Numbered from the stretch's first letter, positions 37,601 to 52,600 are shown. The stretch is 64,000 nt of DNA from Hydrolagus affinis (GCA_012026655.1 JAAILG010001123.1:1-64000); one strand, 5' to 3'. The notes: generated from the sequence alone by a model not told the origin. Program-made: numbers and translations.

Positions 37601-40600
37601 TTTGAAGCAAATTATGACTGGATGTGGGGAAAGACGAGTGGATGTGATTACTTCCAGTAGGAGCGAGCACCAACATATATACACAATGGGCCAAATTGTA
37701 TTGTGAAGCCTTCTTCAAGCGTGTAAACATTCTTGAGCACATTCAGTCAGCAACCACTGAGTATGCAAATACTTCTCCAGTTCCTAGTTATGGAGAACTG
37801 TGCAATAATGGGGCACTGTATCATATAGTCTATTTGCCATTTGTTAAAAAAAAATTGTTTTATTTTAGCAAAGAAAATCCAAATTTTGGGAAATGTTACA
37901 GCATTTCTTACTGTAGTCTTACTGTGCTCTGCAGCATCTTCTTATGCCAAAAGCCAGGAGAAGCTTATGGAACAGCTCACTTTGCTGGCTATCAACCAAT
38001 CTGGAGGAATGCTGAAAGAGCTATCAGCCAGGTCCCTGTGTGATGAACAAGACCAACCCAAGAGGGAAAAGTGCAAAACCAGGTGTGATTGGGGGGGAAA
38101 AATGGGCAATTTCCAAATATTTTGTTCACATTACTGCCATTAAGCTGCTTTTTTATATTGGAGTCTAATGTGCCTTGCTATTGATTTCAAACGAGATTTC
38201 TCAATATGGAATCCAACTGTGAATTCCTTCTGGTAACAAGGTATATTGTGCGGACTCGCAGGAATTCTGCTCCAAAAGTGTGTACACAAGGGTAATTACC
38301 AGGATTCACAATGTATAACTTGTAAATCTTGCCGGTAACTGATCCTCTGGAACTCCGCTCTAACACAATCTCCTTCAGGCATGTTGGAAGCATTTCTGCA
38401 GATCAGATTGTTGCGTATCTGGTTAGCTGCAGGATTCCAGTTTTGATTCCTGCTTTAGACTGTATTGCCTGGTCAGAATCGCAAAGCTACACTTATAAGG
38501 GTCCTTTGTTACATGCCTCAAGTATGTTTCAAAGTTTAATATTGGAATTCAACCTCATTTGGGTTTCGGAGATCAATACAACAATAACCTCTTACTAAGA
38601 TGAAAACAGTCTTGCTGATTGTTTATTTTTATTTCTCAGCAGTTCTGTTTCCTCATTTCATGCCATCAATCCTCAAGAAGGCAAATATACATGGAAGAAA
38701 GCAGAGAAGCAGGCAATGAGAAAAACTTCTCCAATTGTTCAGCTTGATCTGCGGAATTGGAAGTTGGAAAAGACCACGGAATCGCAGACAGACCTCAGGA
38801 ATAGAAGACATAAGCTTGCATGGCCCAATTCAGAAAGGTAGCATGATAAATCACTACGTGCAGCTACTTGTAATGCTTCAGTTACATCTGGCATTTACCG
38901 ATTGCAAGTATTCAATATTGAAAATGCTACTATAGAATAATAATACTTTAAATTGACATAGCACCTTTCACATCAGGAGGACAGCTCAAAGTTCTCCATA
39001 GGATTTGCTGTAATGTGTAGTGGCTGTGTTTTGTAACCAATTGATGGTGAATTCCCAGGTCTGATATTTATTACCATGTCCATTCCTCTTCACAGTTCTA
39101 GTTCTACTGAAGAAGAGGAGGACATGCCACCCCAGAACCAGAATAGAGAGAAGAAAAAAGAGTGTCTGGCGTCAGGGGATAATCACAGGTATCTCTGAGG
39201 GTATCATTTGAATTTGTACTGTTAATCTATTACTGTTTGTACTGTCATTCTAATTCAGACTGTGGAGTTGAATTTATTGTGATTCAATGGGTTCGAAACT
39301 AATTAATTATCTGGATTGTAAATCCAAGCTTACATTTTCTCCCAATTGAGCTGTAGTATCCATGTATACTAAAGTACAACAATTTTATCCAAATTACTCC
39401 ACCAACAATTTACACTCTATACAACAGGGGAAAGGGCCTCACATAGTTGACTGGGATCCTGAGCAGAGGGCGAGCGAAAATATCACAAAATGTGGTTGAT
39501 AAGGCTCTGAAGACAGGCTTCAAAGGTCGGGAGTGAGGAAGGGAGGGAGCAAGTTGGTGGGACTCGAGGATGGATAATGCAGCACACATCAGGCACTGTA
39601 CTGGGGTGTTAATCTGGACTGTGGTTTCACAATTCAAGCTACAGCAGAGACACAACCTTTTTGACCCAGAGATAAGAGAGCTGGCAATTGAGTCAAGGGG
39701 ATACCAGCAAGAGAAGGAGTTGCACCCATTCAGGGAATGCTAACAACTGCATTTAAAGATGGATAACCCATTATTGCCCAGTCATACTGACGGTACAACT
39801 TGTATTATTTGCTGTATTAGGTGGAGTGGCTGTACAGGTAAAAGTATGTTGCTGAGCCAGCTCCGAAAAGCAACTAAGGAACCCCTGGAAGTGGCAGGCA
39901 GGACTGGGTCCAAACATTGTGCTGGAGACACTGGTAGAAATCTTGTGGAAGGAAAACCACTCCAGAGGAAGAGGAGAAAAGCAATGACTGAAACCACGAT
40001 TGTTGATCACAAACAGGGCAACGTGTCTGTGAGGGCGGAGACCAACACAGAGAAAGGTGGTTTGGGAACACTTCATTCTTCCAATGACCAGCAGATCATT
40101 GAACTTAAAAAAATAGTTCTTCTTGAGACAAGGATAAACGGCACCTCAGACACCGCCACTCATAGTGTGCAGCAGAGTAAATCCAGAGTGCTTGAGAGAG
40201 AGCAAACCCCACAAAGGAAAGAAGAGTCCGCAAATAAAAACAGGTACTGGGGAAGTGCATGGCTACATTCATGAGTTGCCCAGTTTTCTAGCTTTATTTG
40301 TAATACTGTACCAATAAATTATAATCCATCAGAAATCAGCATAAGATTGAACACTGCATAAAAATTTTTCTGGATCATTACCAACTCTCCGCCTTACCTT
40401 CTCTCCTTCAACTTTTGCAATATTGAGATTTCTCTGTAGTTTTCAAAGTAAAATGAGATGTACTTATAGGATTCTAAAACGCTTCAATTTAAATTTTAAG
40501 CAGAAGTATCGGTGCTAGTCACAAGGTGCAGCCTAATGAACAACACAGGAGAGAACAATGCAGAAAAGAGCAGCAGAGCCGTCAACGGCTACAAAGACAC

Positions 40601-43600
40601 CTGAGTAACCTGAAGCCACTGAGGTCCGTGTCCGGGAAACAGTTGAGCGCGGAGTCTACACCTCTGCTCTTCAGCACGGTGAGTGGGGATGGCGGGGGCC
40701 GGAGGGGACAGTGGATGGGAGTGAGTGGGCAGGCAGGCAAGGGAATGGTGCGACAGTGTGCAGCAAATGCATACAACAAGTAAAATTAACGAGTAATAAG
40801 TTTCATTATTGTTTCATTTATATTATGGATACCCATTTGATCTCTTTCTAGTAAAACTTCAAAGAACTGAACAGTTTGTGTGCATTCTGTATATTGTAAA
40901 GTGTAACAAATATTTTGTACAGTACTTGATAGATTTTAGTTATAATGTGAGGTAAATTATTTCATTAAGGGAGCAGCCTTCACCCTACATACAAAAATAG
41001 TGTCCTTTGGGAATGATACAACACGGGCACAGTAGAATGGGATGACATGTATCAGGATAGTTTTACTCTGATCTGAATGTTTTAGTCGTTACACAGAGAA
41101 TGAGGAAGGTGATGCAACTTTTCTTTATTCATTTGTGATTATGCTCAGGAGGCATCATACCTGCCTAACATCAGCACCTTACCTCCGAGAGGAAGAGAAG
41201 AAATGCTTTTACTGACAGTCCACCTCTCCAGCTGTGGACAAGTGGTCCCTAGTGGCCAGCAGGTTGGACGTTTGCCAGACAGTGCACTGACTGCTGCCAA
41301 CATTTACAATGCAGTGGTTTCATGGGTCCTTTCCCTGGTGAGTTTCTGATTGAGAGTGAATGATTCAAACATTGTTCTAGCTGCGAGGCGTACTGTTAGT
41401 TAACATACAGTGCATGTAACGTGTGGACAGGTGGTTTTATACCACTGTCATTTCACTAGATTTGTTGCTTTCAACCATTAGGAACAGAATGACTCAAAAT
41501 CCTGTTGTGATTCCTCGCTCGGTTTATTTGGAAACATCTTTGTAGAATGAATTCACTTTCTTTTTGCTCCTTCACATATTCTCATGCATACCAACATCTG
41601 CACTGATGAACGTGTTCAGACATCCTGATATAAGGAAAATTATTAAACTGAACAATTTTTTTCCCAATTTTTTTTTACACTATAATGCAGTTGGCTAGCT
41701 CCAATGTCTCAGGCTACGTTACAAAAAGCTCAAAAAGAATGACTAAGGGTTATCAGCTTGTTGCTGGTATCACTGACTGCTTTTCCCATTAATCTTTACC
41801 TTTCACTTTCCATTGCCAAGTCAGTTTCAATCAAATTTGTTTGTACTTCTGAGAACCTAATACCACTTTAATAAGCCAACTACATATCTGCTGTAGTTAT
41901 AGAGAAAAAATAGCCACTTATCTTGAATTCTCTGAGCTTCAACCTATTCAATCAACTCATCCCTACAGAAACGTAGCGAGTGATTTTGAGAGAGTAACTT
42001 TATGTGTACATTATATTATTGGGACATAGTAGAAGACGCTTTTCTCTGTAGTTGACCCAGGAATGCTTCATAGTGATGCTTTGTGCCTAAAATGGGAATG
42101 TGTTCCTTCACCTTAATAAACACAGAATAGTCTCTTAGCTGAACCTTGGAAACAACATCATATTGTGTTTGAAAAATAATACTGTAAAGTTTATTAAGTT
42201 ACACACCAATACAAGTGCATTGGATTTTTGAAGTAACTCTGTTTTGGTTGACTAGGTGATCGTTCCTACCATTTCTGAGAATGGATCATCTGGAGATTGC
42301 TCTAGAGCTGATGTGGCCACACCATTTCAGGTGGTGGGTCTCCAACAGACCTGGCGTGAAGATGGGCTCGCTCTTTACGTCTGTGTGATACCAGCGTGTG
42401 AGGGTCTTGTTCAGCCTACCTACAGCAAGAACCGAAAGAACAGGGTTAGTGAAATACCATGAAATACTTCAGTGTGTGTGGGTTATTATAATAATATAAT
42501 AATAATCCTTGCATTATATATAGTGCCTTATCACATCATTGAGACTTCTCAAAGGGACTCACAGGATGCACTATAAATTGTGAAGTGCAGTGACTGTATA
42601 TTTTGTGAGTAAAACACGGCAGCCAATTGCGCCTAGTACTGTACCACACGCTGTCATGGATTGACTCTTTTTTTCGATTATCTTCAGGTAAAGGAAGAAC
42701 TAAGAGGCACCTCTGCATTTTACCAGCTGGTTGTGAAATTCCTATCACAAAGTTGTCTGAAACCAGTGATCTGGTGGAGTGAACAGCTGAACAGTTGTCT
42801 TCGGGAACAATCGTGTCCAATGCACGTGTGCCTTCCTTCTGTTCGCCTCAGCTCTGTGATTTCTGTCAGTGCAGACACTAAGGTCAGTCGGTGGATAGAG
42901 TTTGAATATACTGTGGCTAACGTTGATAGAAGGGATTTTTGAAAAGCAAAAACCTTATGGTTTGAAAGCTTTAAAGAATACTTAATAAAGCAATAGGCAT
43001 TGCTTTATAACAAATCAGCATTGTTATTTGGTGTACATACTATTTGATAGCTAAATGGCCATCGTTATAAATAATAATAATCCTTGCATTTGATATAGCA
43101 CCTTATCACATCTTTAAGACGTCTCAAAGCACTTCGCAGAATATATTGTAAAGTGAATTGACTGTATATTTTGTGCGTTTGTGGATTGCAGTGACTATTT
43201 TTTAAAGGAATTGTTACTAAACTATAAATCAATTAAGAATAAGTTTGACTTTATGATTGGGATTTAGTATCATCTTAGTTTTGGGTTCTTACACAGGCCG
43301 TTGAAAAAGTTTTTAAGGTTCAGATTGGGTTTTACTGGCAAACAATGGAGACCGAGGAAAACTACTGCCCCGGTGCTGAGGAGGTTGGGGAGAAATGCAA
43401 GGAGAATCCTGAGGTAGGGCAAGGCAATCATATGCTTTCTGTGGCTAATAATTCAGACATTAATAATGCGATGGGTGAGAGTTGCCCAATGAAGATTTCA
43501 TTAAAGTGCACATATCTCTGTGCTAACATATAATAATAATAATAATCCTTGTATTTGATATAGCGCTTTTCACATCTTATCGACGTCTCAAACTGTTTCA

Positions 43601-46600
43601 TAGAATATACTGTAAAGTGAATTGACTATATATTTGTGGGTGAAACGCAGCAGCCAATTGGCAGAGCAGAGTCGCACAAACAGTCGTGGATTGAAAATGA
43701 CCAATTTTTATTATTATGGTTTTTTTGGACCGATTATTATTAGGCGTGTGGAGTGAAGAAGCTTGCCCAGGTTTCACCCTGATCTGTCTGGATTCAAACA
43801 CAGGTCTCTCACTCGTAACCACCGAGCTACAGGAGCTCCACATAATACTTTCATAGAATAATTCTACTAAAAAGTACCTGATCTACCAATAGCTTAGGAA
43901 GCACAATGGAAATTGGTATTCTTTGATTGATTGAAACATTAATTCTAATATTTCTCTACTCTTAGGTTACCATGGCACTAGTGTTTGAGAACTTGTTCAC
44001 TGATCCCATAGCATTTCACCACATACTGCAGCTCGTCTTAAGCAATGGTATAGATATCTGTGGTCTTCGACTGCTGTATCCAACACATAGCCTCCTGACT
44101 GACAGCACAGGTAAAGGAATTGTATAACCTGTGGTGGTTGTCCATGATAATGTTGAGTATATTTGCAATGGCTGCACATTTATATGTAATAAATTGGGTG
44201 GGAGAGAGAAGAGTTGAACATTTAAAGGCTTATTGAAGTTGTTTGAATGTACTTAAGTGGTATAATGTGTGCTACATTGTTATGACAGCCTGAAGTGTTC
44301 CCACAGAGTCTATTGTATATACAATGAGGTGCCCATTAAAGCTTAATTTCACACAGTAATAATAATCCTTGCATTTGATATAGCGCCTTATCACGTCTTT
44401 GAGATGTCTCTCCTCCCTGTAAATGCATTCTAACCTATCTTTCTCTGTTCTCATTTGGATTTCTGTTTCTTTAGGTAAATTGCCATCTGCTTATTTCTCT
44501 GATGATACAAAAACAATGCCTGTACTGGCATTGGCTCTGAGAGGTGTGAATGCCCGTGCATTGTGGATCGACATTGTAGGACCATCTGACCCTGGGGTAG
44601 CCAGTGTGACAGATCAGCACTCCATAAATGCATTGTACTGCAAATGTCGTAGTGAGACACTTCTCTACTCCCCACGCCAGGAGAGTCGCACCCACTGGGA
44701 GTTGTACGTCTGGTTTGGTGGGAGGGTTCCTGAAGATGGTATTGTGCAAGTCGGCATTCAGAATCCTTTCAGGAGGACCAGGTTCAGATCCAGGTATGTC
44801 CAGGAAGAGTGTGTCTGTCCGTGCAATGAAAACAAACTTAAAACAGGCTTCTATCCCATTCAATTATGAGCAACAGAATCAATCGTAACTTTCGCTGAAT
44901 CAGGAAAGAAGGGGCGTTAACTTTGGGTTTGTCATTTGAGAGGGAAATAAGCAGAAATAGCTTCATTTAGAGGTTATGTTTTCCTACATTAGAAGACAAC
45001 AACAACTTTGATTTATATAGCGCCCTCCACGCCGGACGGCGTCTCAGAGCGCTTCACAATAGCGGATCCGGGACCGAAGACAGAATCCTTTGACCATACA
45101 AACGCTTAAAAATGAATAGGACATGTACTTGATGGTAAATAAAAGGAAGAGAGATTACAGTAAAAGGGATATTATCCACACAAGCTGAGAGCCTTTTAGA
45201 TATGAAAGCAGTGCAAGTCCTAAAATACAAATCGATTACAGTGTTAAACAAGCAATTCTTCCATTAAGAGTTATACTGTTATTGTGCCAGTCTGTGCCAA
45301 AAATCCTGCTGTGAAATGTGCTATAACATGATTATCATTATTATTATTTCATTCTTTACTTTCAGATCTAACAGTCCACAGCCCAAAGGAACCCACACAA
45401 ACTCCAGACAGGATAGGGATGCACAACAGATTATACCTTGCAGACCTCCTGCTACAGTTGTTGCAACTATCAAAGGTAAATGCTCTGCGACTCCCAACAT
45501 GGATAGAAGAAACAGCACAGGGAGGGTTTAATGGAAGGGAGGGAGACATGATAGAATATAGGAAGTTGTCAGAGATGGCCAGCTTGGCGATGTCACAACC
45601 TTGGGTAACGACAAGATCAAGGGGGATTGCATTCTGTGCTTCGTGTTCCATACTTTCCACAGACTCTACAAGTTTCTGCCCTATGCTAGACCTCAAACTA
45701 TCGAACAAATCTAAAAGTTCCAGTTGGAGACACTACCTGAATTGATATAACTGATAAAAGAATGGGACTTGATGGTTTTATTATTGAGCAGAGCTGTCCT
45801 CTCTGATTTAAAGAAATATAGATTAAATTGGGAAAGGTTTAAAAATATTAAAGAACAAGCATCCCATTTGAAATGTGATTCGGAATGCATGGTTTCAGGT
45901 TAAACTAACTTTAGTGTAACTGGTGCTTTCTGTCAGACAATCAACAATCTGAAGGCCATAATCAACAGAATTTCACTATACTGTATAAAGTTATTTTTTC
46001 ACCCATTGTGTTTGTTGCTTTTCTATGTCCTAGCTGACCTACTGCTGCTGGTGTCGCCTGCTGTGCCTCTGAATTGCTGTGGTGATATCCTGTCAGTCTG
46101 CACCAGACGGGGATTCAGTCTGCAAGGTGTACGGCGTTTGCGTCTGACTCCAAAGCGAGCCAGCAGTCTCAGCATCGGGAGTAAGCAGGTAGGAGACTAT
46201 TGGCAATTCACGGTTTTAGTTAGGAGCAAGTTTGCTGTTCGTCTTATCAAATTGTTTTTCAGTGAAAGAGTTTCAGAAATTGTAACATATTGCCATCATA
46301 TAGTACTAGTGGAGGGATGTAAGTAGAGCAATGAAAAGTTACTGCAATCTGTTTTTAACAAGCAGCATTGATGTCAATATATTTCTGTTACACTTGCAGA
46401 TCTCAGTGTTTTGTCAAACAGCCAGCAATGGATCCCTAATGTCACAAGGCTCTGCTGTTGACGAGGTGCCTAGCCACTGTATTTTAATGCTGCTGAGAAA
46501 AGAGAATGTTTCTCACCATGTTCCCAGTTTACTGAAAGGTACCGCATTGAAATGATTAACCAATATGTTTTTTTTTCTTTGTCTCTTTGTGTTGACCTTT

Positions 46601-49600
46601 CTAATTATTGCCTGTGTTTCTACAGTTTCAGTCAGGAAACTTTTCATAATATCTGGGTTTCTATTCTTCTGCAGGATTAATGAATGAACTGTCTGAACAG
46701 GGATTGATTGGAGGTATACAGAGCAGGCTTCACCACAACACTGAAGTTGATATTGGATTGTGTTTTCATGTGGTGCCTTACTCTGACCACATTCTGCAGG
46801 GACTAGGTAAGGACTTTTCAGTAGCCAGGTATATCATAATTTAGCCCTAACGGGGCTAAATTATGGCATCACTAATCTTTCCTATAACTGACCCATCAAA
46901 CGTGATTCTGGACATTTATTGTTATCTTCATATGAATGTTTCCCTTATAAAACTGTATTATTATACATTTGTTCAGCTTTGTGTTCTTCGATTGCTCTGA
47001 GTAATTCCTTTACCCTAATTTGATTGATGGCTGTGGCAGGAGGAAGTCTGAGTGCAGTGGCCGATTCTGCCAGTCTCACACTGGATGTGCTCTATGAGCA
47101 CAGCTACATGTCCAACCCCGAACTGGAGCAAGTTGTTGTTCTCACATTGACTGGGCACAAAACCATGAAAGAAGCGGGGAACTGCCTGCGAGAGCTTCTG
47201 CGTCCTACAGTCAACCAATCACAAGGTCGATCTGGTAAGACCATGTAATTTATATTAAAGGAGGAATAAAACCTAGCATAAAAACTGTTATCAGGGATAA
47301 GAATCTCATCTCCTTATCTTCCAGTGCAGCAAGCTTAATAATTCAATGGGAAAAAATAATTATTTTGTGAACGTTTCACTGATCAGCAAATCATTAACAG
47401 GTAGTCAAACAAATGAAAAAATTACAGTATAGTACAAGGAATTAAAGAGGAGATTCGGAAAACATTTCTTTATACAGAAGATGGTTGGATTGTTGTTGAG
47501 GCTGAGCAGGTAAATTATTTGAAATGGGATTTATGTAGATCTCAAAGGGATAGTGAGTAGGAATGTGGATTTTAATTATTAGGTTACTCGTGTAAAAATT
47601 CTAACGCAGACTTGATTCACTAAATGGTTTGTTTCTACACTGTAACATCAATGATCCTATGGATGTCTGTTGCTAATTTCTGTGCTGATTTCCTCACATA
47701 ACAATATGGCAGATGGAGGTTTTGAACTGCTAGGCTTGAAATGGTTGCCACATCTGAGCAGCAGCCAAGCCAAGGAACTGACCCCATTTGAGGTGGGCGA
47801 CCGGCACTGGCAGGGCAGCATTGACTGCCTAGTATCCAGCCCAGCTCTTGTATGTGTGCTGCGTCGAGTCCACGCCTTTGGTGTGTTGGCTGAATTTCTA
47901 AATACAACTAACTCCAAAGTTAGTCTACTCGATGCAAAGCAAAGTAACCTGGAGAAAATCATGTCACCAACTCCAGAGATAGCTTTCCGACAAGCTGCTT
48001 TATTCTTCACTGACCAGGAACTAGTTTCAGGTATGATGCATACATATTATTTAACACAATTTTTTTAACTCTGAGTGAGGAAGATCTAATCTACGTGGAA
48101 TGCAGTTATAACCTAACAAGAAATAGTTTGCCACTGATCCATTTAGCTGAAAGTTGCATTGTTTTGACAGTTCAATATTTCACCCACAAAATATACAGTC
48201 GATTCACTTTATAGTATATTCTGTGTGGCAGTTTGAGACATCTTGCAGATGTGATAAAGCCCTATATCAAATGCAAGGATTATTATTATTATTATTTCTG
48301 TACACATTTTCTACTGCCCTCAGATCCAAGTGCCCGGCCATTACTAAAGTACATTCCACCCTCTCTCAGCTCGAGGAACACTGCAACAGGTACATGTCAT
48401 CAATTTCTGATTCTGACTATATATCACTATTTGTTTGTATCTTTTAATATAGACTAACAACAGTTGTAAAATCTAATCCGCATGATCTCTAGCGAAGATA
48501 ATGTGGTCCATGATTCTGGTGATGCTGAGAAAAATGCGGGTCGTACTTAAGCACAACTAATGAAGAGAATTATAAAATCTTAGTAGTAAATAGATTGTGT
48601 AGTTACCACCCATGTATTATTTTCACTGTTGCTATTCCAGTTGGTCTATGCAATGTGTTGTAGATATTAACTCACCTTCTGCATATTTCCTCATCGTTCT
48701 TCTGTAGCTGACTCTCATCAGACCTCTTCTTCTTTCAGGGAAAAGATCACAAGCCGTCAACAAAGAGTCGATCTTTACCTACATGTTGCTTGGTAAGGGC
48801 TGGCTACATGTACAGTTGTTCTTCATTTATTTCCCTGTGTCAGCTCTTTCCCAACGTTGTCTTTCTCCTTGAGTCACAAATTCTAATTTTCTTTCCTCTT
48901 CGGACTTTTTCACAATCCTCTGCCATCATTCCCTCTTTTGTTTCTCTTCTCCCTCTAATATGTCTTATTTTTATTTATTATTATTATTATTATTCTTGTG
49001 TCCATGTCACCCCTCGTTACTGTTCTGGTGTTTTATTCCACAATTATTCTATCTCTTCAATGCTGCAATGATTTGAAATTCACTGTTGAAGCTAGGCCCA
49101 TAAATTTCAGGCTTAAATAAACTTCTCATGTATTGAATTGGTTGATGTTGATCAGTGGCTTGAATCCTTTTGCTATTAGTTCTCAAAAGGACCAGAAAAT
49201 TGTTTGTGACACCTACCCAACCATGCTACTGTCTGTTACAGGAGCCCAGCCCTTGTTGACTGTGCTGGTGATCAAACCCTCCACTTTGCCCCAGCATTTC
49301 TCTAAGGTTCTCCGCAAGCTAGACCTGGAGCACTTCTGTATTGTTGGGATGAAAATGGTCAGTCTGGATAAAGAGAAAGCCTCCCTACTGTCTCCATCTA
49401 TCATACAACAGGTATATATGCCAGTGAAGGAATTTGCTTTCTTCAAACAGTATGGGACAACATTAATAATTTGATCACTTAGTCCATGACTTTGGCATCC
49501 AGTGTGTTTCAGCAAAACGCTACCTGCGAGTTCCTGGAGTTACTGGAATCCTGTAGCTCAGTAGTTAGAGCATTCGCCTTACAAGAAAGAGACTTGGGTT

Positions 49601-52600
49601 TGATTCCCAGCAGGGCGAAACCTTGGCAAGTTTCCTTACTCCATAATAATCCCTCAAAAAAAAATTGGTCATTTCAATCCATGACTGTTTGCGGGAGACT
49701 GCTGTGCGCAATTGGCCACAAAACCCTCCTCTTCGACGGTCCCAGCAATCACCCCAAATCCCCCATTTTCCCTCCCTCCCTCCTCCCCATCCCCACCTCA
49801 GGGCTGAAATAATGGCTGTCCAGCTCCTTGGGACGTCCTCCTGACATGAAAGGCATTATACATTTGTAATTTTGTTGTTGTATTCTGTGAAGTACTTTGA
49901 GATGTATAGAAGATGTAAAAAGCTCTATATCAAACAGAAGGATTATTATTATTATTACTCGGTCGGATGCATTTTGATCTTTTAATAACCGCCCCTCATG
50001 CAGGGTCAAACATTGAAATCAAACATCTGTTTTCAGGAAGAGGATTTGATGAGCCGCAGCATTGATTTCCTGACCTCAAGTCCCTCAGCCATTTTGTGTG
50101 TTCAAAGAGAAAATGCTGTAAAAAAGCTGCTCGACTTGCTTGGACCAGAAGATCCCCATGAGGCCAGAGCCCTGAACCAGTTCCTATGGAGAGGTCACTG
50201 TGGGACAGACCTAGTCCATAACGGCTTCTATGGTACGTCATTTAACAGGTTTTCATATAACACGTATATTATAAAATACGGCATTATTCTTATTTTACTA
50301 AATAACTAAATAACCAATTAACTCAGATTGAACTTGTAGATTTAATGATGAACCAACTGGATGCAACAACTCTTTATCCTTTGTTACAAAATATCTATTG
50401 ATCTCCATCTTCTGAAAGACTCTCAATTGACTAGTTTTGGTCTTCTCAAGTCACCTGTTGCATATTCTCACAACACTTTGTGTAATATTTGTTTTCTCGA
50501 TGATTATGTCACTGAATCAAAACTTTATAGGGGTTCATTGCAGACTATCTGAAGCTATATTACTTGTGTTTTAGCGTTCCGGAACACTACCCTGCATGAG
50601 GGGCGGTATATAATGCAAGTTGTGGTTTCTGAAATGTATAGATTTAGAAAAGACTGGACAGCAGAGTAAAAGATCTCTGTAAATTGTGTTTGTCGGTGTC
50701 TGCCATGTCTGGTACAGGGTAACACTGTATACAGCTGTAACTCTGCCTCAATGTTTAATGGTGTGCTCTTATTTCCAGGTTCCCAGTCTTACAAGACTGC
50801 AGTCAGGGATGTGCAGATGTTTTTCCCGGAAGGACTTTGTTGTGAAGAGTTTCAAATGCTCCTGAATGAACAGGTGAAGCACAGATAGATGCACATCAGC
50901 CTGGTTAGGATACTCTTTACCACAACGATGGGTTTCTGCTCATGTCCAATACCTGACTGACCTAAAAGAAAATAGTGTATTGCTCAAAGCTTTAACTTGC
51001 CTTAACCCTGTACATGAAGTATTTCTCTGAACTGTCCTGGCCTTGTGTAGCGGCATTTCCCAGTGTGTTGCCCTGTCTGTACACATTCAGTAATTGAGCT
51101 ATGATTTGGCGCTTTTGCTTCTCATCTTCAGATTCTCACCCACAAAAAGGACTTGCTGATCAGCCCCGAATTCACACACAACCGAAAGCTCGTCAAACGT
51201 TCTTCTCTTGCTGAGTCCCAGGCAGTAACTGTTGCGTGGAGTGCACAGCAAGGTAATCCCACCAAACCTTAGAGAATCCAAATCTGAGTTGATCACCGTT
51301 CACTGAACAAATAAACTGGAGCGCTGTACATTTAGGGGCAATGATGAGATAACCAATTTCTGTATCATGTTTGCATTATCTTAAATTAATATTTTTTGAC
51401 CAAATGTTAATTATTGCTGCATTCAACCAAATTCATCAAAATGAGAGAATCGGAAATCAATCAAGTGCACAGTTTGATTCACAGTGGTACAGCTCCCCAC
51501 AAACACAACAATAAGATTAGGAGCCAATTGATTTGATTTTGAGGATAAATTTGGATTAGGAAGAGAAAGGCTCCTCTTTAATACTGTCATAGGAGGTCAG
51601 ACTCTAATCCTTTACACAGTTGTTATAATAGGAAGGATTGAAAGCCACAGGATTGCCTAGGCTAATGTCACTTTCATGTGGAGCCAGTACAATCTCTAAA
51701 TGGGAGCCCTTAGCAAGTGAGGACAATATAACTGGTCAAATTAAATTCTTGTCTGATTGCACTGATTGCACTTATTGGCACTTTGAACTGTCCTTCCATC
51801 TCCAAGTTTGTTTAAAATCCAACTCAGATAGAAAGGTAATAAAACAAATGACTAATTTTATCTGGGAGACTATTGGCCAGGACACTAGGAGAAACTTCTT
51901 TAATGTCCACCTGAACAGGAATATGGATCTTGATTAAACATCTCATCCAAAGAATGGAAATGCTGCACATCATTAGAACTGGATTTCGGCGCCTTAGGAC
52001 ATCCCGACGTGAAAGGCACCTATACAAATGTACTTTTGTTGTTGTTGGATTTGGAGTGTGAACGATTCACTGTGTGAGTTTAAAGTCCTGATGTGGGGCT
52101 TGTGGGGATATAGAAATCGATTGTACAGACATGAGGAAGGGGGTTCAAAACTTGCTATCTCTATCTCACTGGTGTATGTTGATTACTGCTGTTTGTAAAC
52201 AGTTCAAAAGATATGTGAGCGTGTGTATAAATACATTAATTGTGTGTGTGTGTGTGTGTATAATTTTAAAATAACACATATATGTAAAGTTAAAATATAT
52301 AAAGCATTTCAAATCATTTTCTGAAGCAATTATATTGACCTCTGGCATCTCTGTCCCCTTTTCCTACAGATCAGCTGCTTCCTACTGTACTCTGTCAGAC
52401 GACTTGCTTGTTGCTCCCCAGTCCCTTCATCAGCAGGAGCCACCACCCACCGTACATTGAGGTTATGGACCAGCTGGTGGGAAGCAAGTTTCTACTGATG
52501 GCGGCCCGGATGGGAGTTCTGGACCAGTCCCAAGCTCAGCATATAGCCAAGCTACTCACTACTGAAAACAGCAGCTCAACAATGGTATACACTCACAGGC

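Noticed and set aside
49242-50873. Stand-alone active NME/NDK gene
   Set aside because: It has no own start or promoter, its exons are in phase with upstream DNAAF8 exons, and the catalytic His is replaced by Tyr.
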